A stretch of DNA of 64,000 nt from Eledone cirrhosa (GCA_964016885.1 OZ024740.1:384772001-384836000); one strand, 5' to 3'; shown: positions 41,766 through 56,505, counted from the first letter of the stretch. Numbers and translations are program-made. The notes: a model not told the origin generated them from the sequence alone.

Positions 41766-42689
41766 GTGTCATAGACAAATCACTGTAGGGTAGATAAAGC
41801 ATCATTCCCTACGGGTATATTCACATTCACGCAACTTAAATCTCTTTTTACTGAGATGTTTTGTATATTCGTGACAATTTTAATTATGTATTATAATAAA
41901 TAATGCTCCTAAATAATTGTTTCTACTTGTTGGCACAAGGCCAGCAATTACCCAGTGCATTACTGGTTCTTTATTTTATCGACCCCGTAAGGATGAAAGG
42001 CAAAGTTAACCTCGGCGGTATTTGAACTCAGAATGGTAAGGGCCGTAACTCTATGCATCAAAGCATGGCGTCCCACCCTCTACCGATACTGCCAATCCAC
42101 TGCCAAATAATGCTCCTAAATAATAGTGAGGTGATTGGGCGACCCGCATTGACTGCTATTCCTAGCGGTATTTTAGGACTGTCTTTTTCTTCGTTTATAC
42201 AGATATTTAATTGTTGATAGGTTCACGCATGCGTGCGGTATTATTATTTTTAATTTGAATGCAACATGCTGGATCGATGAAAGATGAAAAAAAATCCTCT
42301 TAACGGGTATTTATATTTATTTGTTCTTATACCGCACAGAAACTCTCCGATGAAGAATTGGTTCTGGTAATGATTGTCATATCAATTCAGAAAATGCAAT
42401 TCGGGTCGAGGAATTGGTATGGTAATGATGACCTTATCAATCTATTGAAACGGGCTGATTTATTTGTTTTCAATTCAAAAACTGCAATAACGGTCAGGAA
42501 TGCTTGGTAAAGTTTCTTATATTTAAGTTGTTTGAATGTGTGTATATCCTGAGGGAGTGATGCTTTATCTACCCTTCAGTGATTTGTATATGATCCTTTC
42601 TACATATATTGATTTCTCTGAATAAAATATTTTAACAATCTATTTTCATTGAGATGTTATGTATATTCGTGACATTTTTAATTACGTAT

Positions 42690-42753
<64 letters not shown>

Positions 42754-42913
42754 GTATATATATATATATATATATATTCATCCGACCTTTAGTAGTAAAG
42801 ATAGAATTCTGTGTGAAAAGTTGAAACCTCCACCACTACCACCACACGTGAACCTGATGTAACTGTGAACAATTTCTTCCTGTGTTGTGTTTGTATCAGT
42901 TGTTATATATGTA

Positions 42914-42964
<51 letters not shown>

Positions 42965-42966
<2 letters not shown>

Positions 42967-44659
42967 GGAAAAAATGAAATTTCATTTCTCACTCTTAGTA
43001 CGGCTGATACTTAAATATAAGTATGTATGTACACGTACATACATATATGTATACAGACGTACACTAGTATGTATATACATACATACATGCACACATATAA
43101 ATATGTACGTATGGGTTTACCGAACATTTATTATAATGTTCGGTTAGTTTGTAAACAAACAGCCCGAATTAAGCCGTACAGTGTTCGGCAACCATGGTTG
43201 CCCTTTAGTTCAACACTAACAAAGGAAGGATGAACTAGTTTATAGCTTACTAGCAGTAAAGCCCGGCGTTGCTCGGGGTCGCTCAGTAGCTGTGTTAAAG
43301 TTACAATGTTAAGTTTCTTTTTTGGCTTAAAAACTGTCGTGTCTACTGTGCAGACTTGCATGTGGTGTTTTTGATTAATATTCCCTCAAACAACAATATG
43401 CCTTATGAAGTTAAGAAAACATAACGATAACCCGAATGTTATAACAAAAGAGGATGCTGGGGATAAAAACTGCACTGGTTATTTATTAACAAAGATCGAA
43501 AATGTAAACACTGCAACGCAGAGAAAAACATTAGCGTAACCAAATTATCAGTTATGTCTGTCTGCACGCCTATATCACCTCTCTGCACGACTGTCTGTCT
43601 GCACGCCTATATCAACTCTCTGCACGACTGTCTGTCTGCACGCCTATATCACCTCTCTGCACGACTGTCTGTCTGCACGCCTATATCACCTCTCTGCACG
43701 ACTGTCTGTCTGCACGCCTATATCATCTCTCTGCACGACTGTCTGTCTGCACGACTGTCTGTCTGCACGCCTAACGAAATTTACAGATACATATATTTTA
43801 AATAAACTTATATAATTTTTGCTTTTTTTTTACGAAATATTTGCTTGTTTTACGTAGTCTTTAAATAGACTTGTTTTCAAGTAAAAATATTGTTTTAAAA
43901 GGCTTTAAATGGAAATGAAGCAAAACGGAAGCTTAGTGTTCGAACTGATGAATTTTGCAGGTCAAAATTTTGCTGGCTCGACAACTGTTCGTGTATTGTG
44001 TTAATGTCATTTTAAACGCTGAGAAAGCCAGCGTAATTTTTTTTATTTTTGCCAGCGTAATTTTTTTAATTTTTGCACGCAGAAAATGTAAACAGAACGT
44101 AAGACGCTACGCTGAATGTAAACAGAACAAAGGGAAATCATTTTTTTTATTTTTGCACGCAGAAAATGTAAAGAGAACGTAAGACGCTACGCTGAATGTA
44201 AACAGAACAAAGGGAAATTACTGATCACTTACGCTCAAAAATCGATACATTATATTCGATGTCGTCAGATAGGGCGGGTCAATTTGAAATATTTTTTTCC
44301 GATGTCTTCGCTAGGGCTCAATGTACAAGTATAGCAATTTCGGTGCAATTCCGTGAGAGATTCTAAGAGGAGATGTGTGCCAAAAATCGATAGACAGACA
44401 GACAACCTCAGTTTTATATATATAGATTAGCACTCATCAGCACCGTAAACCTTCCTGTCAGTCGCTTGAACTTTTGAAAGTATATACTTTCCTCATGCAT
44501 ATTAATGACTGAGCAGCCTAATTTGCATATCGAGTGAGTTAGTCGGCCAGGCGTACCGAAAACGATAAATGGTAAAAAAGAAATTTCATTTCTCACTCTT
44601 AGTACGGCTGATACTTAAATATAAGTATGTATACGCACATACATATATGTATACAGACG

Positions 44660-44665
<6 letters not shown>
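42965..44665 (-). repeat. About 1.2 units of the retrozyme-like family, split by a Helitron
   Basis: 42965-43249 and 44427-44665 rejoin into a unit homologous to 36.7-38.3 kb, including atttgcat and the HHR. Confidence 0.8.
43250..44426 (-). mobile_element. Non-autonomous Helitron with an internal 37-bp tandem repeat (43555-43772)
   Basis: Minus strand A|TCTATATATATAAAA ... CCCGAGCAACGCCGGG ... CTAG|T; A|T target. Confidence 0.85.
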
Positions 44666-44735
<70 letters not shown>

Positions 44736-44742
<7 letters not shown>

Positions 44743-47700
44743 ATACTTTGGGAGGGTCATGTTGCCAATAAGAAACACACGCACCAGTTGCTTTCACTTC
44801 AATTTATTATATATTTATAAATTTATAAATTTACAAATTTACAAACTTATAAATTTCTGGTTGGTTGGTTGGTTCCACAACCCGATAGTTGTTTATATAT
44901 AGTCATAGTCCTTTCGACACACACTCTGTGACCTCTTCAGTGACTGGGGATTCCTTTCTTTGTTTCTGTGCCTTTCCTTTCTTTTATCCTACGCCATTTT
45001 GTTTCTGTGTGTGTGTTGTGTGCTCAGTTTGCGCATGCGCCATATCCGGGTGTCTGTGTGTGTTTGTGTTCATTTATCTATTTGTTTATTTATTTATTTA
45101 TTGTTGGTTGGTTGTTTGTTCTATGTGTGTGTGTGTTTTCATTTTGTCCTGTGTGTGTTTTTATTTTGTCCTTAATTGTAAGTTGTTTGTTCTATGTGTG
45201 TGTGTGTTTTCATTTTGTCCTGTGTGTGTTTTCATTTTGTCCTGTGTGTGTTTTCATTTTGTCCTTAATTGTAAGTTGTGATGTTGCTGTTCCACTCATA
45301 TTTTCTATTTAATTTTGGTTTTAATTCTTTTATGCTTACTGCCTCTGTAATTTGCCTAAACATTGCGTCTTTTCTGTGTGTGGATTCTATTTTTATTTCT
45401 ATGTTCTCTAATCTACCCCTGTGTTCTATCTTAGCATGTTGGTAGAGCACAGATGATTCTTTATTATCTTGGAGGTCTCGCCAGTGTTCATTTATTCGTT
45501 CCCCTATAATACGACCTGTCTCACCTATGTACACTATATTTTTGTTTCTACATTGTCCTTCAGTACATCTTATGCTATACACTACATTTCTAGTTTTACA
45601 GTTAATATGGGGGCTTATTTTACAGGTTATACATTTCTTATCTATACATGAGGGTCTTTGGAACGGGTATGTCTTGCTAATAAGTGTTTTTACGGAGGTA
45701 CCTGGTCTTTCTACTATCTTAATATTGAGATTATGTTTATTTAGGGCCCTTCTAAATTTATAGGCTAGTTCTCCTCTAGGGGTTGTATTACACTCTGGTA
45801 TTTATTGCTATCATACCATGAGTTTATTCTATTGGCCTTGTTCCTAGTTCTTTCTATGCTATTCCAAAATTTGCTCCTATACAAGGGGCAGGTCCCATTT
45901 ATGTCATTATTTACCATTTTTTCCCATTTGGTTCTGGCTCCTTTATACACTCTGATTCTATCTCTCTGATTGTAGCCAGAGAACTGCATACGGGGGATGG
46001 AGTGTTGTATGTGTCTCTCTAGTTCTTCGGGGTTGCACATGCGGGACACATTTCTCATCACCCGTACCAAATCCGCAATCAATATGTTGATTTTGATATG
46101 GTCCGAAATGGCCGAGTTTCGGTGGATCAGATGTTTGGAAGTCATGGGTTTGGCATAATGGGAATGGAGGATTTGTTTTTTGTTGTTAATGGTATCTAAC
46201 CAGAGCTCTGTGTCTAGTACAGGTAATCGATGGTTGGGGTGTCTACTTGGGTAGTCTATAGTAACTCTAATGCTCTGGTGGATGGAGTTTGCTATTTGCT
46301 GGATGCTTTCCATTGTGTTTTTCTCTAGTTCCTGACTGTTCTTTAGTGGGGGTGTCTTAACTACGATGTTTATATGATCTGCGTAGCGGGAGTACATTAT
46401 CAGGGTTAAGCTGTCTTCTAATTGTCCTTTAAGTTTTTGTTTAAGTCTACTGTCCCACCATACCATGAATAAGTTAGCTATGTCGCCTGCAATGCTAACA
46501 CCAATGGCTGCTCCTTCCTCTTGGGCATATGTTTTACCATTAAATTTGAACATATGTTCCTTAAGGGTTAATATTATGCTGGCCCCTACCGCATGTGCAA
46601 TCATTTTCTTCAGTTCATCGTGGTTTTCGGGTGTCCGTATGGCTCTGGTCCACCCGTTCCATCTATCTGTGTGGGTTTTCTTGGCCATTGAGGTAATGGT
46701 AGGTGGTCTGCCTCTTGCTGGTCTTGTAGGGCACAAGTTGCTAAGGTCATAAGTGTCTAGGTAACTATTACTATGGGTAAGCTTAAGTAGAAGTCCCAGC
46801 TCACTGGTATCAATCCCACGGAACTCAACCTTGCTCTCGCTGATCATTTCTACGCATTTCTCCACAGCAAAATCCACGTCAATAGATGGATACAGGGACA
46901 CAACATCCATACCACCTATTATGCAGTTTGTTAGGTCCCCAGATCGGTTACCCGCGCCGATTCTGCTGAGGAGGTCCTCCGTGCTGTCACACACATCTGG
47001 GGACATCTCAATGATGGGGCGATGATCAGGGAGAGGAAGTAGGACAGTCTGTAGTTACTAGCAATGTTAGCCCCACAGACTGGCCGTGTTGGTGGTCACG
47101 GGACAGGGTCCCAGCCCGTTTTATGGTCTTTTCGAAGCCCATACAACGCCGGCACGTCATTGTTCCAGGCCTGGAAGTTGTTGGCAGTCCTTTTGTTGGG
47201 CTGCATTATATTCGTCCACATCACCATATGGGCATTGAGGGCTTTTTCTCTATCCTCATGCTCCTGTGGTGTTACCTCTCTTGTGTTAGTGATGTGGGTT
47301 GCATTGCCTGGATGTAGTTTGGCAGGCTGTCAACCGACATTCTGCCAGACTTGTCTGTTGGAAAACATGCTATCTCTCCATTACGCGAGCGCTGCATGAG
47401 CTTACGCAAGCCATTTGCAGATTTTTCTCCCAGTTGCTGGGCCTCTATTCTATTATGCTTCTTGCTATACTGTTCTATAATATTTCTAAGTTCGGATTTA
47501 GCTATACTAAATTGTGTTTGTTTGTTCATCGACCTGCGACGGCAACTGCGTGCGTTTGTTAAATGGCAAAGTCGTGGCGTGGACTCGTCGTAGGTCGAAT
47601 GATTTATCGGAGGGGTTATAAAACGGAGAGTTCCAGGCTGCTGCTTTATGTGTACTAGTGCTATTATTATTGTTAGTTGTGTTGTTTCTATTTCTATTTC

Positions 47701-48100
47701 CACCAACAGCCTCATGGTTGTTTCTATGTCTCTCATAATTACTCCTGTCTCTTTCCACTGGCTCAATGTTGTTATCTACCCTATTTTGTGTGTCTGTGTG
47801 TTCGTCTTGGTTATTCTCTTTGTCCTTAGTCTCCCATCTCCTTTTGTTGTTGATGTGTGTGTTGTTGTTATTGTTGTCTCTGTGTGTGTTATTGTTGTTG
47901 TGTGTGTTGTTATTGTTGTTTGTGTCTGCGTGTCTGTTGTTGTATCTGGGTATGTTGCTATTGTTGTTGTTGTTGATGTGTGTGTTGTTGTTATTGTTGT
48001 TTGTGTCTGTGTGTCTGTTGTTGTTGGAAAACATTGTAGCGAAAAGCCAACAGTATTCCATAATATATAAGTGACTATAGCGTCAAAATGGGAAAATAGT
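44736..48100 (-). mobile_element. Penelope-like element copy A (longest 5' extent, frameshifted) with 3' pLTR
   Basis: ORF pieces 47272-48061, 45765-47006 and 45265-45582 carry RT ([21 protein letters not shown]) and GIY-YIG (YSIRC...YIGETGR); Asn-rich N-terminal repeats. Confidence 0.9.
44901..44945 (-). ncRNA. pLTR minimal hammerhead of PLE copy A
   Basis: AGTCA-CTGAAGAG-GTCACA gagtg TGTGtC-GAAA-GGAC-TA-TGACT. Confidence 0.75.
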
Positions 48101-48264
48101 TAACGTAAGTTGTGGGAAAAATAATTCAAATTCATCTCAAAGAGAATCAGGATATAGATTCATCCACAGAATTTAGTAAAATCCAGGGGAAAATCAATTG
48201 AACCTTAACTCATGATAAAATAAAGTTAAAAATACTCATCCTTCAAGTTGGAAAAACTTTAAAT

Positions 48265-48344
48265 GCTCTGTATAGTCTTAAAGACTATTTCACGAAAACT
48301 TTCAGTGGAGATGGTCACGGTTGGAATCCGATCCTCAGCAGAGC
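48265..48344 (-). ncRNA. Type I hammerhead with a full 5-bp stem III, upstream of PLE copy A
   Basis: GCTCTG-CTGAGGA-t-CGGA...TTCG-t-GAAA-TAGTC tttaa GACTA-TA-CAGAGC. Confidence 0.7.
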
Positions 48345-48452
48345 TCAACGCGATAACCAAGATTCTCACAGATTAATATGCCAAAAAGGGAATTTAAAAC
48401 AGGCTAGTTCACACTCATGCGTGATTATGAAAAATAAAACGCACATGAGGAA

Positions 48453-48535
<83 letters not shown>

Positions 48536-48537
48536 TT

Positions 48538-48568
<31 letters not shown>

Positions 48569-48587
48569 ATATATATGTATATATATA

Positions 48588-49315
<728 letters not shown>

Positions 49316-49829
49316 TTTATATATATATATATATATATATTGTTACACTTTGGGAGGGTCATGTTGCCAATAAGAAACACACGCACCAGTTGCTTTCACT
49401 TCAATTTAATTTATTAAATATTTATAAATTTCTGGTTGGTTGGTTGGTTCCACAACCAGATAGTTGTTTATATATATATAGTCATAGTTCTTTCGTCACA
49501 CACTCTGTGACCTCTTCAGTGACTGGGGATTTCTTTCTTCGTTTCTGTGCCTTTCCTTTCTTCTATCCTACGCCATTTTGTTTGTGTGTGGGTTGCGTGC
49601 TCAGTTTGCGCATGCGCCACATCCGGGTGTCTGTGTGTGTTTGTGTTCATTTTTCTATTTTTCTATTTATATTTTTCTATTTGTTTGTTTATTTATTTAT
49701 TTATTGTTGGTTGGTTGATTGTTCTATGTGTGTGTGTGTTTTCATTTTGTCTTGTGTGTGTTTTCATTTTGTGTGTGTTTTCAATTGTAAGTTGTTTGTT
49801 CTATGTGTGTGTGTGTTTTCATTTTGTCC

Positions 49830-51803
49830 TTAATTGTAAGTTGTGATGTTGCTGTTCCACTCATATTTTCTATTTAATTTTGGTTTTAATTCTTTTATGC
49901 TTACTGCCTCTGTAATTTGCCTAAACATTGCGTCTTTCTTGTGTGTGGATTCTATTTTTATTTCTATGCTCTCTAATTTACCCCTGTGTTCTATCTTAGC
50001 ATGTTGGTAGAGCACAGATGATTCTTTATTATCTTGGAGGTCTCGCCAGTGTTCATTTATTCGTTCCCCTATACTACGAGCTGTCTCACCTATGTACACT
50101 ACATTTTTGTTTCTACATTGTCCTTCAGTACATCTTATGCTATATACTACATTTCTAGTTTTACAGTTAATATGGGGGCTTATTTTACAGGTTATACATT
50201 TCTTATCTATACATGAGGGTCTTTGGAACGGGTATGTCTTGCTAATAAGTGTTTTTACGGAGGTACCAGGTCTTTCTACTATCTTAATATTGAGATTATG
50301 TTTCTTTAGGGCCCTTCTAAATTTGTAGGCTAGTTCGCCTCTAGGGGTTGTATTGATGAACATTACACTCTGGTATTTATTGCTATCATACCATGAGTTT
50401 ATTCTATTGGCCTTGTTCTTAGTTCTTTCTATTCTATTCCAAAATTTGCTCCTATACAAGGGGCAGGTCCCATTTATGTCATTATTTACCATTTTTTCCC
50501 ATTTGGTTCTGGCTCCTTTATACACTCTGATTCTATCTCTCTGATTGTAGCCAGAGAACTGCATACGGTGGATGAAGTGTTGTATGTGTCTCTCTAGTTC
50601 TTCGGGGTTGCACATGCGGGACACATTTCTCATCACCCGTACCAAATCCGCAATCAGTATGTTGATTTTGGTATGGTCCGAAATGGCCGAGTTTCGGTGG
50701 ATCAGATGTTTGGAAGTCATGGGTTTGGCATAATGGGAATGGAGGATTTGTTTTTGGTTGTTAATAGTATCTAACCAGAGCTCTGTGTCTAGTACAGGTA
50801 ATCGATGGTTGGGGTGTCTACTTGGGTAGTCTATAGTAACTCTAATGCTCTGGTGGATGGAGTTTGCTATTTGCTGGATGCTTTCCATTGTGTTTTTCTC
50901 TAGTTCCTGACTGTTCTTTAGTGGGGGTGTCTTAACTACGATGTTTATATCATCTACGTAGCGGGAGTACATTATCAGGGTTAAGCTGTCTTCTAATTGT
51001 TCATTAAGTTTTTGTTTAAGTCTACTGTCCCACCATACCATGAATAAGTTAGCTATGTCGCCTGCAATGCTAACACCAATGGCTGCTCCTTCCTCTTGGG
51101 CATATGTTTTACCATTAAATTTGAACATATGTTCCTTAAGGGTTAGTTTTATGCTGGCCCCTACCGCATGTGCAATCATTTTCTTCAGTTCATCGTGGTT
51201 TTCGGGTGTCCGTATGGCTCTGGTCCACCCGTTCCATCTATCTGTGTGGGTTTTCTTGGCCATTGAGGTAATGGTAGGTGGTCTGCCTCTTGCTGGTCTT
51301 GTAGGGCACAGGTTGCTAAGGTCATAAGTGTCTAGGTAACTATTACTATGGGTAAGCTTAAGTAGAAGTCCCAGCTCACTGGTATCAATCCCACGGAACT
51401 CAACCTTGCTCTCGCTGATCATTTCGACGCATTTCTCCACAGCAAAATCCACGTCAATAGATGGATACAGGGACACAACATCCATACTGCCTATTATGCA
51501 GTTTGTTAGGTCCCCAGATCGGTTACCCGCGCCGATTCTGCTGAGGAAGTCCTCCGTGCTGTCACACACATCTGGGGACATCTCAATGATGGGGCGTATG
51601 ATCAGGGAGAGGAAGTAGGACAGTCTGTAGTTACTAGCAATGTTAGCCCCACAGACTGGCCGTGTTGGTGGTCCCGCGACAGGGTCCCAGCCTGTTTTAT
51701 GGTCTTTACGAAGCCCATACAATGCCGGCACGTCATTGTTCCAGGCCTGGAAGTTGTTGGCAGTCCTTTTGTTGGGCTGCATTATATTTGTCCACATCAC
51801 CAT
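49830..51803 (-). CDS. Penelope-like RT + GIY-YIG protein (copy B, 5'-truncated)
   Basis: 657 aa; [47 protein letters not shown]...YIGETAR. Confidence 0.88.
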   Translation of the reverse strand: MVMWTNIMQPNKRTANNFQAWNNDVPALYGLRKDHKTGWDPVAGPPTRPVCGANIASNYRLSYFLSLIIRPIIEMSPDVCDSTEDFLSRIGAGNRSGDLTNCIIGSMDVVSLYPSIDVDFAVEKCVEMISESKVEFRGIDTSELGLLLKLTHSNSYLDTYDLSNLCPTRPARGRPPTITSMAKKTHTDRWNGWTRAIRTPENHDELKKMIAHAVGASIKLTLKEHMFKFNGKTYAQEEGAAIGVSIAGDIANLFMVWWDSRLKQKLNEQLEDSLTLIMYSRYVDDINIVVKTPPLKNSQELEKNTMESIQQIANSIHQSIRVTIDYPSRHPNHRLPVLDTELWLDTINNQKQILHSHYAKPMTSKHLIHRNSAISDHTKINILIADLVRVMRNVSRMCNPEELERHIQHFIHRMQFSGYNQRDRIRVYKGARTKWEKMVNNDINGTCPLYRSKFWNRIERTKNKANRINSWYDSNKYQSVMFINTTPRGELAYKFRRALKKHNLNIKIVERPGTSVKTLISKTYPFQRPSCIDKKCITCKISPHINCKTRNVVYSIRCTEGQCRNKNVVYIGETARSIGERINEHWRDLQDNKESSVLYQHAKIEHRGKLESIEIKIESTHKKDAMFRQITEAVSIKELKPKLNRKYEWNSNITTYN

Positions 51804-52052
51804 ATGGGCATTGAGGGTTTTTCTCTATCCTCATGCTCCTGTGGTATTACCTCTCTTGTGTTAGTGATGTGGGGTTGCATTGCCTGGATGTAGTTGGGCA
51901 GGCTGTCAACCGACATTCTGCCAGACTTGTCTGTTGGAAAGCATGCTATCTCTCCATTACGCGAGCGCTGCATGAGCTTACGCAAGCCATTTGCAGATTC
52001 TTCTCCCAGTTGCTGGGCCTCTATTCTATTATGCTTCTTGCTATACTGTTCT

Positions 52053-54251
52053 AGAATAGAGGCCCAGCAACTGGGAGAAGAATCTGCAAATGGCTTGCGT
52101 AAGCTCATGCAGCGCTCGCGTAATGGAGAGATAGCATGCTTTCCAACAGACAAGTCTGGCAGAATGTCGGTTGACAGCCTGCCAAACTACATCCAGGCAA
52201 TGCAACCCCACATCACTAACACAAGAGAGGTAACACCACAGGAGCATGAGGATAGAGAAAAAACCCTCAATGCCCATATGGTGATGTGGACAAATATAAT
52301 GCAGCCCAACAAAAGGACTGCCAACAACTTCCAGGCCTGGAACAATGACGTGCCGGCGTTGTATGGGCTTCGTAAAGACCATAAAACAGGCTGGGACCCT
52401 GTCGCGGGACCACCAACACGGCCAGTCTGTGGGGCTAACATTGCTAGTAACTACAGACCGTCCTACTTCCTCTCCCTGATCATACGCCCCATCATTGAGA
52501 TGTCCCCAGATGTGTGTGACAGCACGGAGGACATCCTCAGCAGAATCGGCGCGGGTAACCGATCTGGGGACCTAACAAACTGCATAATAGGCAGTATGGA
52601 TGTTGTGTCCCTGTATCCATCTATTGACGTGGATTTTGCTGTGGAGAAATGCGTCGAAATGATCAGCGAGAGCAAGGTTGAGTTCCGTGGGATTGATACC
52701 AGTGAGCTGGGACTTCTACTTAAGCTTACCCATAGTAATAGTTACCTAGACACTTATGACCTTAGCAACCTGTGCCCTACAAGACCAGCAAGAGGCAGAC
52801 CACCTACCATTACCTCAATGGCCAAGAAAACCCACACAGATAGATGGAACGGGTGGACCAGAGCCATACGGACACCCGAAAACCACGATGAACTGAAGAA
52901 AATGATTGCACATGCGGTAGGGGCCAGCATAAAACTAACCCTTAAGGAACATATGTTCAAATTTAATGGTAAAACATATGCCCAAGAGGAAGGAGCAGCC
53001 ATTGGTGTTAGCATTGCAGGCGACATAGCTAACTTATTCATGGTATGGTGGGACAGTAGACTTAAACAAAAACTTAATGAACAATTAGAAGACAGCTTAA
53101 CCCTGATAATGTACTCCCGCTACGTAGATGATATAAACATCGTAGTTAAGACACCCCCACTAAAGAACAGTCAGGAACTAGAGAAAAACACAATGGAAAG
53201 CATCCAGCAAATAGCAAACTCCATCCACCAGAGCATTAGAGTTACTATAGACTACCCAAGTAGACACCCCAACCATCGATTACCTGTACTAGACACAGAG
53301 CTCTGGTTAGATACTATTAACAACCAAAAACAAATCCTCCATTCCCATTATGCCAAACCCATGACTTCCAAACATCTGATCCACCGAAACTCGGCCATTT
53401 CGGACCATACCAAAATCAACATACTGATTCCGGATTTGGTACGGGTGATGAGAAATGTGTCCCGCATGTGCAACCCCGAAGAACTAGAGAGACACATACA
53501 ACACTTCATCCACCGTATGCAGTTCTCTGGCTACAATCAGAGAGATAGAATCAGAGTGTATAAAGGAGCCAGAACCAAATGGGAAAAAATGGTAAATAAT
53601 GACATAAATGGGACCTGCCCCTTGTATAGGAGCACATTTTGGAATAGAATAGAAAGAACTAAGAACAAGGCCAATAGAATAAACTCATGGTATGATAGCA
53701 ATAAATACCAGAGTGTAATGTTCATCAATACAACCCCTAGAGGCGAACTAGCCTACAAATTTAGAAGGGCCCTAAAGAAACATAATCTCAATATTAAGAT
53801 AGTAGAAAGACCTGGTACCTCCGTAAAAACACTTATTAGCAAGACATACCCGTTCCAAAGACCCTCATGTATAGATAAGAAATGTATAACCTGTAAAATA
53901 AGCCCCCATATTAACTGTAAAACTAGAAATGTAGTATATAGCATAAGATGTACTGAAGGACAATGTAGAAACAAAAATGTAGTGTACATAGGTGAGACAG
54001 CTCGTAGTATAGGGGAACGAATAAATGAACACTGGCGAGACCTCCAAGATAATAAAGAATCATCTGTGCTCTACCAACATGCTAAGATAGAACACAGGGG
54101 TAAATTAGAGAGCATAGAAATAAAAATAGAATCCACACACAAGAAAGACGCAATGTTTAGGCAAATTACAGAGGCAGTAAGCATAAAAGAATTAAAACCA
54201 AAATTAAATAGAAAATATGAGTGGAACAGCAACATCACAACTTACAATTAA
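52053..54251 (+). CDS. Penelope-like RT + GIY-YIG protein (copy C, 5'-truncated, open frame; possibly Naiad/Neptune-related)
   Basis: Uninterrupted from the fold-back centre to the stop; same motifs as copy B; the first ~53 aa of the 785-aa ORF come from the opposite arm. Confidence 0.9.
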   Translation, partial: RIEAQQLGEESANGLRKLMQRSRNGEIACFPTDKSGRMSVDSLPNYIQAMQPHITNTREVTPQEHEDREKTLNAHMVMWTNIMQPNKRTANNFQAWNNDVPALYGLRKDHKTGWDPVAGPPTRPVCGANIASNYRPSYFLSLIIRPIIEMSPDVCDSTEDILSRIGAGNRSGDLTNCIIGSMDVVSLYPSIDVDFAVEKCVEMISESKVEFRGIDTSELGLLLKLTHSNSYLDTYDLSNLCPTRPARGRPPTITSMAKKTHTDRWNGWTRAIRTPENHDELKKMIAHAVGASIKLTLKEHMFKFNGKTYAQEEGAAIGVSIAGDIANLFMVWWDSRLKQKLNEQLEDSLTLIMYSRYVDDINIVVKTPPLKNSQELEKNTMESIQQIANSIHQSIRVTIDYPSRHPNHRLPVLDTELWLDTINNQKQILHSHYAKPMTSKHLIHRNSAISDHTKINILIPDLVRVMRNVSRMCNPEELERHIQHFIHRMQFSGYNQRDRIRVYKGARTKWEKMVNNDINGTCPLYRSTFWNRIERTKNKANRINSWYDSNKYQSVMFINTTPRGELAYKFRRALKKHNLNIKIVERPGTSVKTLISKTYPFQRPSCIDKKCITCKISPHINCKTRNVVYSIRCTEGQCRNKNVVYIGETARSIGERINEHWRDLQDNKESSVLYQHAKIEHRGKLESIEIKIESTHKKDAMFRQITEAVSIKELKPKLNRKYEWNSNITTYN

Positions 54252-54556
54252 GGACAAAATGAAAACACACACACACATAGAACAAACAACTTACAATTGA
54301 AAACACACACAAAATGAAAACACACACAAGACAAAATGAAAACACACACACACATAGAACAAACAACCAACCAACAATAAATAAATAAATAAACAAACAA
54401 ATAGAAAAATATAAATAGAAAAATAGAAAAATGAACACAAACACACACAGACACCCGGATGTGGCGCATGCGCAAACTGAGCACGCAACCCACACACAAA
54501 CAAAATGGCGTAGGATAGAAGAAAGGAAAGGCACAGAAACGAAGAAAGAAATCCCC

Positions 54557-54601
54557 AGTCACTGAAGAGGTCACAGAGTGTGTGACGAAAGAACTATGAC
54601 T
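54557..54601 (+). ncRNA. pLTR minimal hammerhead of PLE copy C (mirrors at -49480-49524 and -55742-55786)
   Basis: AGTCA-CTGAAGAG-GTCACA gagtg TGTGAC-GAAA-GAAC-TA-TGACT. Confidence 0.85.
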
Positions 54602-54798
54602 ATATATATATAAACAACTATCTGGTTGTGGAACCAACCAACCAACCAGAAATTTATAAATATTTAATAAATTAAATTGAAGTGAAAGCAACTGGTGCGT
54701 GTGTTTCTTATTGGCAACATGACCCTCCCAAAGTGTAACAATATCGGTTTCAACACACGATTTCAGATAAAGAATCTTGCTAAACAAATTCAGAAACG

Positions 54799-54856
<58 letters not shown>

Positions 54857-54875
54857 ATATATATGTATATATATA

Positions 54876-56056
<1,181 letters not shown>

Positions 56057-56412
56057 TAACAACAACGAAACTAGTTCAATATTCCTTGTCTGGCTTTCTG
56101 GAGAATAGAGGAGAGGTGTTTCCTCAAAAACCAGTATGACTCTAAAAACCGGTTTGTCTGTGTGTTTACATACAGAATAGCTGGCCACTCACAGTAAAGT
56201 GACCAGTGAAAAAACTTGGTACACCTACATATGTATACGTGTGTGTATTCATATACATACTAGTATTTCAGTATACATATATGGATGTACATCTTTAACT
56301 TAATTGTTTAAGCGTCAGTCATACAAAAGTGAGTTACAAACGAAACGAAATTTAATTTCGTTTCGTTATTTGTTTTTATCGTCTCCGTTGAACCGGTACT
56401 TACTCACACTCT

Positions 56413-56420
56413 ATGCAAAT
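56413..56420 (+). promoter_or_regulatory. Octamer ATGCAAAT (snRNA-type distal element candidate), once per unit
   Basis: ctATGCAAATtag; also conserved in diverged family members at ~37097, ~37568, ~38025 and ~44521 (- strand). Confidence 0.55.
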
Positions 56421-56505
56421 TAGTCTGCCCACTACTAATTTTCATAGAAAAAGCATATAACGATATGTGCTTTTACGATTCTCTAGAGAGGCCGGAAGAT
56501 AGGTA

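Larger units (their letters stand above)
49338..54743. mobile_element. 5.4-kb fold-back of two head-to-head 5'-truncated Penelope-like elements (B on -, C on +), each ending in a pLTR
   Basis: Arms near-identical about a ~23-nt spacer at 52029-52051; mirror ORFs 49830-51803(-) and 51894-54251(+); pLTR HHRs at -49480-49524 and +54557-54601. Confidence 0.93.

Noticed and set aside
41052-43955. Isolated CTGATGA hits (41052, 43945; also 17925, 25113, 26315)
   Set aside because: No stem II-GAAA-NUH-stem I arrangement follows
51894-52052. N-terminus of the 785-aa ORF
   Set aside because: Derives from the antisense arm of the fold-back and starts at a non-ATG codon; not native PLE protein
52053-54251. 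Selenocysteine-encoding (Naiad-type) PLE
   Set aside because: No in-frame TGA in the visible ORF; the linker cysteines use ordinary Cys codons
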